Positions 49,701 to 61,700 of a stretch of DNA of 64,000 nt are shown here, piece after piece. The notes below the pieces were generated by a model that was not told the DNA's origin, did no database searches, and worked only from the letters and a program-made list of their open reading frames with translations. Numbering within the stretch: the stretch's first letter is position 1; each line of letters begins with the position of its first letter. Both the position numbers and the translations under genes were made by a program. Source of the stretch: Candidatus Abzuiibacterium crystallinum (GTDB taxonomy: Bacteria > Omnitrophota > Omnitrophia > Omnitrophales > Abzuiibacteriaceae); NCBI GenBank assembly GCA_002787155.1, contig PCVY01000023.1, positions 6,828 to 70,827 of the forward strand, read 5' to 3'.

Positions 49701-52700
49701 GGCAGAAGTTCCGAAGGCACTTTTGAAGGAAAAAGGATTTATTTTAACGCCGCAAAGCCAAGAAGAGCTCGCGCTTCTGCTAGAGGCAATGCAGCGCGGC
49801 GTGACTATTCAGGGCAAAGCAGCCGCGCGTTCCTTTAATCCCATGATGCTGTTTGGTGAGACTTCCGGAGGAAAGTCTACCTTGGTTGAAATTGCCGCCA
49901 GTATTTTCCGGACCCCCTTTACCCGTATTCAAATGAATCAACGAACCGATGAATACGATTTGTTGGGCAGTTACCATCCTGTTGAAGTGAAGTTGACATT
50001 TGAACAAGCCTATGAAGTCGTTCAATCGGTTATTCGCCAAAATCAAACACTGCGTACCGCACAAGTGCTGCGGGCTTTACACATCACGGATGATCACGTG
50101 AAATCGGTTTTGCGCATAAACCCTGATCAAACGATGCCCTTAGAGCAGCTTCAAAAGCGCTTTTTAGAAGAACATGTTTTGGCAAATGCACGGCAGGGAA
50201 ATCCCAAGAGCATTGAACAAATGAAAGATATCGGCGCACTCCTCTTGAACGGCGTTGCCGGCATTGAACTTATTTTCCGTGAAGGCATGCTGCTTCAGGC
50301 CATGGGCGACCGTGAAACCGGTCGACCGGGTCAAGTGGTTCTGTTGGATGAATTTAATTTAGCCAATGAAGAAGCAATCGGCATTCTTTATCAACTGCTA
50401 ACGCTGGGATATATCGAATTTCAAGGGCGGAAAATCTTTCCCGGTAAAGGGTTTCAATTAATTGTGAGCGGCAACCCTTCCCGCTACTCGGGCCGAAGGC
50501 GGATGAGTGAAGCTTTTATGAACCGCTTTGAGATCTTGAACCGTCCTTCAATGACCAAAGAGGAAATGGTTAAAATCTTGACGGAGAAATATGCTTTAGA
50601 AGCATCGGGGATTTCGAAATCCGGCATCGAAGCCCTGGTTGATTTGCAGTTCGACATCGAAGAAACGGCTCAGTCCATCGGTTTTGACTTTTTCAACCAA
50701 GATAACACGTACCGATTTAGTTTGCGGAACTTGGAACGTATTGTGCAGGATTTGAAAAAACGGATGGAAGTGGAGCCCGAACGTTCCGTGCAAGTCATGT
50801 TGCGCGAAGAGGCCTATTTAGAATATGCCGGTTTGCTTTCACAGTCCACCGATGAGGATGATCCGAAGAAGAATAATTTGAAAGTCTTAGCAGGTCTTTT
50901 TAAGAAACACTTCAATTGGGAGATCGATCCGGAAACGGTTTTACCCGAATTCAAGAAGCAGACGCTTGTTAAAGGAGAAGACGAATGGATTTCCTTAAAC
51001 GGGGTGCGTGTGAGAAAACTCTCACCGCATCAAATGTTAGAGAGTTTGCAGTTGGAATTAAATGAAGAAATCAGAAGCGGCGCCTTGGCAGATGATGATG
51101 GCGGAAAATTAGTGCTTTTAACAGAGGCGAATCTTGTGCGCATTTTAGCGCAGGTAGAAAAACGGCTCGCCAGTCATGATCCGCTTTCAAGAAAAGAAAT
51201 CATGCGCGAGGAAGCGCGCACGGAATATCTTAAGATGCTGGGGGAATCGCCTCGTTTGGTCAAGCGCTTAGACGAACTGATTAACCAGCATTTTTATACT
51301 CAAGCCGAGCGCATCGAGCCTTTGGTAGAACTCAAATCAACACGTTTGGTGCGCATGCAAATTTTAAAAGGCTTCCGTGACGGCGGCGTGATTCGTTCTC
51401 GTGATACGGAAGGACGGGAGGTTTTGAATCATCGTTCGCAGCCCGTGCTTTTAGTCGGACAATCGGGCGGCGGTAAAACCGAAGAAATTGCCGATGCGGC
51501 CAGGGAGCTCAACCGGCCTTATATTTCGGTGGCGTTGGGTGCGGCGACCATTGAATCGTTAATCGGCAGCTTTGTGCTGAATAGCGAAACGGGCACTTTT
51601 GAATTTCGAAAAGGGATTATGGTGCGCGCGATGGAAGAAGGGAGCGCGCTCACGCTCGAAGAGCTCAATATGGCGGAAAGCAGCATTATCGAAGTGCTGA
51701 ATGAATATTTTGATCGAGGAACGATGACGATTCAAGAGCGGAATGTTCCCATCCGCATTCATCCCAACTTCCGCTTGTTTGCGACAATGAATCCGACCGA
51801 AGGCAGAACCGGCAGAAATGCGGGACGTATCCCGCTGTCTCCTGCGCTGAGAAGCCGGTTTCGGGAAGTCTGGGTCCGCAATGAACGCAATAAGGGCGAA
51901 CAATACCGCCTCATGTTAGGCGGGATTCACGCGCTTGTTTCTTCTTTAATTACAAGAGGTCTGCCGGAAGATAGGCCGGATGAATTGGAAAACTTAGAGC
52001 TTGATTGGACACGCCGAAGATTGGCTGAGACCGCCGGGCAGCAGGTGCAATTCGCAAGCAGCGAGTCATTGTCCGCCGCATTAAAGGCGGGTCCGTCCAT
52101 TACACTGCCTCGCCATGACAGTTCAGCTATCCGCATGGCCAAAGCATCTGAAGACGGAACGCCCAAAGAAAAACCCACATCAAAGGAATGGGAGCGTATG
52201 GCTATCAATGAAAGAAAACGCATTTATGAAGAACAGTTTCGGATTGTGAGCCACGGCATCATGAACATCATGTCTTCCGATGAAGCCATCGAGTTAGGCC
52301 TATCAAGAGATGGAAGCCATCATTGGGCGTATGCACCTAGTATCAATACATTAATTTATAACAGCCGGGAAATCATGACTTTGAGCTTGGATGCGTTAAT
52401 CGGTGTCGGCGTTCATGAATCGATGCACCGTTACGGCACCCGGTATACGTCTCTTTTTGCAGACTTTTTAGATGCACAGAGTTTGGCGGGCAGTTTTTTT
52501 AATATTTTAGAAGACGGACGCATTGAAAATTGGGCACGTTATCGATTCCGGGGCGTGGAGCGGCCGCTGCGCACACTGAATGATGAAATTATTTTTGATT
52601 TTGAAGATGATAATGAAATGGTTGAGCGCATGATTAAAACTTCTAAAGATGGTAAAGACATAGGTCATGCCGGTGCCATCGGTAATTTCTTTCTTTATCT

Positions 52701-55700
52701 CGCAAAACGCGGATCAGATCCGGGCGCCGGCAAAGTCATCGAAAAGTTCTTAAAAGCGTTTGAAGAAAGAGATCCGGCTTTGAAAGAGGATATAGAAAAT
52801 CTCATGCAAGCCGGCTATTTTGGCGGTGCCAGAGACGAAGATATTATTGATGCGGCACGGCAGCGCAAAGCACAAGGCGTTTTTTCAGCTATTCCAGTCT
52901 CGCCTGATGATGTGGGTGTTTATCGTGTGGATCCCAATCCTTCGGAAGAAACAATTTTGCAATTGGCCATTCACCAAGGTATTTTGATTCGCGATTTTAT
53001 CATGCCCGTTGTTTACAAATGGGCGGTGCTCCAAGCCGAAGGCGAAGGAAGCGGGAAAAGCGGTTCGGGCGGCGCGCCGGGTAGAGGGAAAATCGTCATT
53101 CGGCCGGGCAAACCCGGCGAAGAAAGCACGCCTATTTCACCGCGTGAGTGGAAAAAAATTTGGGATTCATTATCTGAAAATGACAAAAAGAAAATTCTGG
53201 ATACGCTGGATGATCTCAAGAAAAAAGCCCAGGACCGCACAGCCAAAGATTCTATCGATCATAAGAACGCCGCCATCGATGCGGAAATTACCGAACCTAA
53301 GAGCGAGCGCGACCGCTTGATGAGCCAAATGGGCAAGATGATTCATGAGTTGGCAGGATATCTGAGAGATCTTATTCAAAATACGATTCGGCCCAAAGAA
53401 ATTACCGGCCTCAAAAAAGGCCGTATCGACGTCCGGCGTCTCATGAACGCCATGGCGCGCGGTTTTACCGACATGCGTTTTTACAAACAGCGCATCATCC
53501 CTGACAAAAAGGATATCAAATTTACCTTAATCATTGATGAAAGCGGCAGTATGGCAGGGATGGGTGAGTCCGGCAAAGGTCCTGAGGACAATGCGGCAGC
53601 CAAAGGTTACCGCACCTTAATGGGCGCCGCCCTATTAATGGAAGTCCTTGAAACTTTAGGCATTGATTTTGCAGTCCGTGGTTACGGGGATGACACTTTT
53701 CTGCATAAGCGATTTAAAGGACAGCGTATCGAACTATCCGATCAGCGCGCTCACTTTCCGCCGGTGCCGGATGGTTATGCCACACGCAAAGAAAAAGATA
53801 CTTTAATCGATGACTTATACGGTTCTATCGGTAACCATGGCGGCAACAACGAAGGGCCGGCGCTTCAAGCCGCGATTCGGGATATCTTAAAGGCAGGCGG
53901 TGAAAAACATTTTGTCATCGTGATTACCGATGCGATGGGTGACACCAAAGCCATACAAGAGATTTTAGACGAAGTCAGAGCTAAAAAAGGCATGATTGGT
54001 TCCACACAAACCGAGTTCATTGCCATTGGTTTGGGTAATGATACGGAATCGGTGCCGGAGGTCTACGGCAGCGAACACGGATTTTGGCTGCATGATGACG
54101 AAGTCCACAAACTGCCTTCCGAAATTAAAAAGCTGCTGCAAAACGTGATCCGCGGTGTTTATGCACCCGGCAGCGGAACCCCCAGCCGTTTTTCACAGTT
54201 CGGCAAACGGATGACTGATAGTGCTTCAATGGCGGGTGCGGCGGGTGTCGGTGCAAGTACTGCTTCTGCTTCGAGCGCAGCCCGCTCGCACTCAGAGCTG
54301 CGTGCAGATGATTTGGAGTCAAAGGTGCGGAAGATCATTATTCGCTTAGCGCGTTCCCAAGGCGATGGTTTATCTGCTGAACAAGAGCACACGGATATGC
54401 TCAGGCGGTTAGGGGTGCTGGCCAATCGAAGATCACCAGAGGAAGTTTTTGAAATTGTGATCGAAATGATGGCAGACGAGACAGTTGGTTTTAGTCGAAA
54501 AGAAAATGCGATTCGCCGCGCTATCATGGAAGCGTTTCTGAAAGAACTGACACCATCGGCTGTCCTAACCTCGAGCGCGATTAATGAGTTACAAGATTTA
54601 ATGCACACTTTAGCCAGGGAAGCCCACTCACCGGAGGCTCAAGCAGAAATTGACGTGATCAAGAGTCGCATCAAAGAGCTCAGGCTTAAACTGATCATGC
54701 GTCAAGAGGTCTTTACTTATGCCAAAATCACCCAACTTTTGTCTCTCGATCCCTCTGAGACGGTTGATTTATTTCTTGAATCTCTTTTAAGCGGCGATTA
54801 CAGCTCGGGAGTTGATCGTAAAAGAATGGCTAGTAATTTTGGAAATTTGATCTCAAACCTAAACGGCGAACTATTGTTGCAAACAACCGAGCAAATCATT
54901 GAAGCTATCCGGACAGATCCTCGAGCTCACATTGATCCTTATGAGAACCTTGAGAAATATGGGTCAAAGATAGCTTACGAACGACATTCGATTCTGTTGG
55001 AAGGTTTATTGGTGGCTGTGAAAAAGGTGGATCGTTCTATATTGCAGTCAATTGTTGATTGCATGGTTCAAGACTTGCAATATGAGAGGAGCAAGAAACT
55101 CAAGGCGGAAATTTTAGCTATTGCTTTGTTGCGTCAGGAAAATATTATTACTACCAATCCATCTCAAGAAGAAAAAAGTCTCATTAATGCATTAGTAAAC
55201 TTGCCGGGACGTTCCACTTTTCAAACCAGTGATCTAAAAGAAATAACGCTCATGTTGCAGCATGCCAAACCAAAACGAGGGCGCCTGTCAAGCCAAGCCA
55301 TTAAAGTCCTGAGGGAACAGATTAAGAATTTTGATGAGCAAATCAGAGCCCGGGCAACACGCGCACAAAATGAAAATGAACAGCGTTCTGAAGACAATTT
55401 GTTGCCTCCGGATACTGAATCTGAGCTTTGGTTAGAAAATCCTCGCGCGGAACTCCGTACCGAAAATGATGGCAGCAGACGTGTCGATCAATTGTTAAAA
55501 GAACTTCAATCGATTCAGGGATCAAGCGATGAAGCGAATCGCATCAGGCGCGACATTGGGCGGGCTTTAAAGAAGACGGTGGAAGAAAATGCAATCATTG
55601 ATCCCTCTCACGCTGCCCAAGTTCTCATCTCAACGCTTCATCAAATCAAAGGGTCAAACGCCGGGGCTTATAAAGCCAAAGAAGCCATCGGATGGGCGCT

Positions 55701-58700
55701 GGCCGAAGTAGCCAAAAAAATTGAAACAACGGAACTTCCCAAGATTTCTCAAGCTTTTATTTCGGTTCTTGAAGCAATAGAAGGATCGAGTGCTGCCGCC
55801 ACTAATTTGAGATTAAACGCTGCGTGGATGCTGGACGGAACCGCTCAAAGAATTGATTTAACCGAACTCCCTGCCATTTTCCAGGCGCTCATTTCAGCAC
55901 TTGGTCAATTAAGAGGGTCAGATGCCGGCACCAGGAATGGCAGAACAGATTTTGGCTTTGTGCTTACCGATATCGTGTTTCGTTACCATCAGCTTGCTCC
56001 TTATTTAGAAAGCAGTGAAAGTGAGTTACATTCAGCAATGAGAAACCTGATGACAATGCTTTCCTTTTCCGATGATGTTCCTCTTTTTCCTCGATATGGT
56101 GACTGGGACACTCTTCATCAAATTTTTGAGATGGGGGATTCAAAAAAAATTATTCAAAACTTAAAGAAATTCCGGGAACAAATTTTTGCACAGTATCAAA
56201 GGGAACAGAGATCAGGGGACAGGGAACAGGGGACGAGGGACAGGTTACAGGACACGGGAACAAATGAAACCCTTTGGACGGCGGGGGTTGCCGGCAGCGT
56301 GAGTGCGGGAGCTTTCGTTCCCGCTGCCCGCAGTGAGCTTAGGACCAAAAATTATTTTCGAACGGCAGTTGATAAATTATTAAGAAAACTTAGATCCATG
56401 AGAGTTCATAGATTATTAAGAGAACTCAAAGGATTAATTGGTAATACAACGTCTGATGCCCATTGGGCAAGATTGGACATTGCCGGCGCCCTCATAAGAA
56501 TATCAAAAAAAACTGATTCAACGGATCTTCCCGCTGTTACACAAGCCTTGTTTTTAGTACTCAGTACAACTGAAAGATCATCTTCTCTTGGTCTTGAAGA
56601 GGAAAGAAGGTTAGGTGTTTTTCGTGCATTAAGAGAAATATCAAAAAGAATTGATTCAGCAGAGCTTTCCGCTATCTTACATGCTTTGTTTTCAGTCTTA
56701 AGAGAAACTAAGGGATCATTTGTTTCTGCTGCTTATGAAAGAAGGGCCATTGCCAATATATTCATAGAAATATCACGAAGAATTGATCAAACAGAACTTC
56801 CTGCCATGATGCAAGGCCTGCTGAGCGTTCTTCTGGAAGTATTTGAAGATTCAGGTTCTGCGGACCATGATGCAATAGAGGCCGTTGCCGGCGTATTAAA
56901 CGAAATTTCAAAAAGAATTGATCAAGCCAATCTTCTCAATTTCACGCAAGCTCTGCTTTTAGCGCTAAGTGAAATTAAAGGATCAAATCAGGATGCCAGT
57001 ACGGCAAGAACAAAAATTGCCATCGTATTAAGGGAAATATCAAAAAGCATTGCTGACACGGAACTTCCTACCGTCACCCAAGCCCTGCTTAAAGCGCTAA
57101 ATGAGAGTGAAGGATTCGATACGTATGCCAGTGATGCAAGAGCGCAAATTGCCGTTGCATTAGAAGAAATATTAAAACGCATCGATGAAACAGAACTTCC
57201 CGCTGTCGCCCAAGCTCTGATTTCGATCTCGAACAAATTTAAAAGCTTAGGTTATAGCTTTTGGCCAAATTCGACCATTCAAGAGGCTCTTGCTGTTATT
57301 GTCTTTCGTCATCATCAAATGCCTGTTACAGATGAAACAAATGATTTATTGAGCGCTCTTCAAGATGTCTTTACACTTGAAATGAACGGTGTTTCCATCT
57401 ATCCCATAGAAAACCATCATCCGTTGAACAACCCAGACAACCCCATTCATCAAATCTTTAAACAACATGGTCAAGATCACGCACAAATCATGAGCCAACT
57501 CAATCGTTACAGGGAACAATTGAGCGCACAGCATCAAAGGGAACAGAGATCAGGGGACAGGGGACAGGGAACAGGGAACAGCTTGCCGGATCAGGATTCG
57601 CTTTGGGCAGCGGGAGTGGGTTTGGGTACTTTCTTGTTCACTGCTCGCAACGAACTTAGAAACGGATGGTTGGCTGAGCGGGGACACTATCTTGTTCACC
57701 GCTTTGTTCACATGGTTTATGGGATCCGGATTAAATTTAGAAAGAAAGATCATATTACCGAAAGAGTGCTTGCGCTCATTAACGAACTTAAATCATTAAA
57801 AGGATCTGGCCCGGATGTTGTTCAATCCATCACGGATCTTGCCACTTCATTAGTCGAGAATTTAAAGCACATCGATCAAAAGGATCTGCCTTATGTGCTA
57901 GATGTGCTTCTTTCAACTCTCAAACAAATCAAAGGCTCAGATGATCGAGCGACCGATGCGCGAGTGTGGATAACAACTGTATTGGGCACAATGGTGGATC
58001 GCCTTGATAAGAAGGAACGGACTAAACTGGTAAAAGAATTCCTTTCCATTTCTCGACAAATGAAAGGAACCATGGTGAACAACATTTTTGTTTGGACCAA
58101 TATCTTGCAAACGTTTGCGGCCATGTTGGCATATCTGGATGATCATGAGCGTCCCTTGATTATCGAAGAGTTGGTGACAGCTCTCAAGGACATAGAAGAT
58201 CCTACTGGGAATGCGGATCTGATTCGCAAAAATATCAGTGAAACTTTAAGTATTTTCTTCTTTCATCGCCATGGTTATCCTGATCTGGAAAATAAAGATC
58301 CGCTATTTGTTGCTTTAAAAAAGCTTTTTGGAGCAACACAAAACGCTGTTTCGCTCTTCCCGCGTTATGGTGATTTAACGGAAGTAGACAGGATTTTACA
58401 ACTTGAAGACCGTGAGAAAATTATTTCTCAACTTAACGCTTACAGGGAACAATTGATGGCACAGTATCAAAGGGATCAGAGATCAGGGAACAGGGATCAG
58501 GTGTCAGGGGATGGGGGGCAGGGATCAGGGAACAGGTCGCAAGATATGAACGATGATCTTTGGTTGGTCGGATTAGCCGGAGCGGCAGCTGTTCATCGGA
58601 CCGAATTAAGAGGCGTCGAGTCGCTTTTTAGGCAGTTGATTAATCTTGTTCGCTCAGCACTTGGCCGCAAGCAGCCGGCCGGCTCGTTAAAAACAAAACT

Positions 58701-61700
58701 TCATGCGCTGATCGGCATGCGGACCGAGGAGGCACATCAACAACGTGCATCACTTTTGGTGCAGCTTAAAAATGAAGTGTCTTATGCAAGCCTCAGTGAA
58801 CTGACAGTCATCATTTCTGTTCTCTTCGATTTAATAAAGGCATATGAAGATTCAAGCCAAAGCGAGCAGGCGCTGATCCGGTCGATTTTCAAAAAGGTGA
58901 TTAAACGTCTTGATCAAACAGAACTGCTCCATCTGAGCCAACGCTTGTTAGGTGTTTTCCAATCGATGGATAGTTCCGAATATTTGGCGCATCAAGCCCG
59001 AGAATCGTTGGTAAAAGCTTTTATTGCGGTCACGCAAAACATTGATTACTCAGCTTTTCCGCGCGTGATTGAAATCATGCTTAATTTTGCGCAATCACGT
59101 GAGCTGCAATATGATATCGGCGGCACACGTGGGGAGCCGGCAAGGTTAAGATTTGAGTTGGCACCCGCTCTCGCGGCTATGGTGAAGCGTGTTCCGCGAA
59201 ATAAGCGTCTTCAAACCATTCAATTTTTGCTTGATCATCTTCGTTTGATGGCTCAAACGTACGAAACCGTGAATATGGGTTCAGAGATCGTCCGGTATTC
59301 GTTGAATGAGATAACAGAGCAAATGGATTCCCGCGCGTTGCTTGATCTGACTCAATTATTATGGCGCACATTGGAATTACTGGAAGATTCAAGCAGGTCT
59401 GCCTTTGATGTGAAGTTTAGGATTCTTTATGTTTTGGATGATGTGATAGGGAAAGAGGCCGAAGTAAACTCTAGCCGTTTGACGGAAGACTGGCGTCACA
59501 GGATTGATCAATTGATATCGTATTTACGTCGGACACCTAATCACAAGAGAGATACATTTGATATCAGATGGATGGTCAGACGGATTTTAATGACCATTAC
59601 CTCAAAACTTGAGGGGCCTAGACTTAACGATGCTGTTGCCGGGCTTTTAGATCAACTGGAGTCTATCCATGACTCTGATGATGTCAGTAACGGCGCCAGG
59701 CAGGTGATAGCGGATGTTTTGGCTAAAGCCGTTCATGGTTATGATAAGGCGTTATTGTCTCGTGCGGCATCCGTGCTTTTTGAAACGTCAAAATTAATTG
59801 TCACGCAAAATCAAGAAGCCAATCAAGCAAAAGCCGCATATGGAAAAGTATTAGTGGAAATTGTTTTACGGCTGGATGAATCCGCATTGTCTGCCCTGGT
59901 AGCGCCTCTCGGGCAATTACTCGATTCCGTTATCCCTATACACAAAGATAGAGTGATTCAGTACGAGAGAGATTCGCTTGGCGCAGCTTTATCAATTGTT
60001 ATTTTGCGATTACACCAGATTAATTTTCATTATGTAAGAGATCCCAGCGCTTATCCAGATCCCAATGATTATATTGATTTTTTACAATATAACATCGCAA
60101 TGCTATTTAACCTCTATATCGAAGACCCTTCTTTTTCCGCGCAGACTAAATGGGATGCCATTGAGCAATTCACTCGAGATGTTATGGGTGACGATCAAGT
60201 GCTTCCGGAAGCAAAGCGCGAGGCCCTGATGGGAAAAATTGGCACATACCGTGAACAGTTGGATGCTGCTTACAAAAGGCATCAGTCCGAGGAAGGCGGC
60301 AGCCAAGACACCGGCCCTGAAGTCCAGGATGAACCGGGCGATTCGCTTTGGTTGGCACGTGCTTCTACCGGAAAGTCAGAACTCAGGGAGGATGCGCTAA
60401 GTCGGATGACAGAGAATCAGTTATTTGATGCATTAATATCCATATCATTTCATGACGACACAACCATTTTTCATCGTTATGCAGGTCCTTTGATATGGGA
60501 ATTGGCCGCAAGGGTAAGGCGTATTAAGAACCCGCTTAGTCAGGAGGTTTTGCTTCAGATGGTGCCAAAACTCCTGGAAGTTTACTTGAGGCATAAAGTT
60601 GTTGAGGAATGGCTTGATCAATTAAGGCAGGAAATCGATCATACACTCAGCGACATTGCCAAACGGTTAAAAAATCAAGAACGTACAGAAATGTTGAAGA
60701 TGATTTTGGATTTCTTGTATTCATTCCCAGGCGCCGGGGTTGAGCTGAATCGCGTCCGGGTAACTGCGGGAGACGTTTTGCGGGAAATCGCAAGAGGCAC
60801 TGATGCCGAAGAACTGCCTGATTTATTAAATTCGGTTTTATCCATTTATCAAGCAATCAAAGGATCAGACAGAGATGCCAATCAAGCCAGATGGAGAATG
60901 GGAAGTGCGTTAAAAGAAATCGCTAAACGTATTGATTCATCCCAATTACTTCCCTTGGTTACACCTCTTTTGGATTCTCTTTCACTGATGGCAGATCCAA
61001 GAGACCCGTCAAGCGCGTACGCAAATACGGCATACCGCACTGTTGCCAATATTTTAAGAACCATCGTGAAACGCATAGATCCCCATCAACTGCCTGAAAT
61101 AAAAGCGCCGCTTTTAGGTGCGCTGACGCATATACAAGGCGACACCGAAGCTGCGCGTTTTGCACGGGGTGATATTAGCAGATTGCTTGCGGAACATTAT
61201 TTACGCTCACATGGATTAGCCTTAAGCGGACGCGGGGGTAATTTACTCAAAGCTTTTGCGGATGTTTTTGCGGCCGCATCACCGGACGGAATATCGGTAT
61301 TTCCTCTCTATGGTGATCAAAAAGAAATTGATCGTCTTTTTCAAAGTGCCGCAGACAAAAATGGCCGCATAGCACCTCAAATGCGTCAGCAACTCATTTC
61401 ACAACTTCAAACTTACCAAGAACAATTAATCGCCGCGTATCAAAGGGATCAGAGATCAGGGAACAGGGATCAGGGGACAGGGAACAGGTCACAAGACACG
61501 GGAACAGATGAGACGCTTTGGGCGGCGGGGGTTGCCGGCAGCGTGAGTGCGGGAGCCATCGCGTCCGCGGCCCGCAGTGAACCATCGACTCGCAGCGAAC
61601 TGCGCTCAAAAGATTATTTCCATCAGGCAACAGAGAACTTGCTGCGCGAATTGGCCGCGCTTCAAGGGTCTAGCGATGATGTCAATCAACGCAGGAAATG

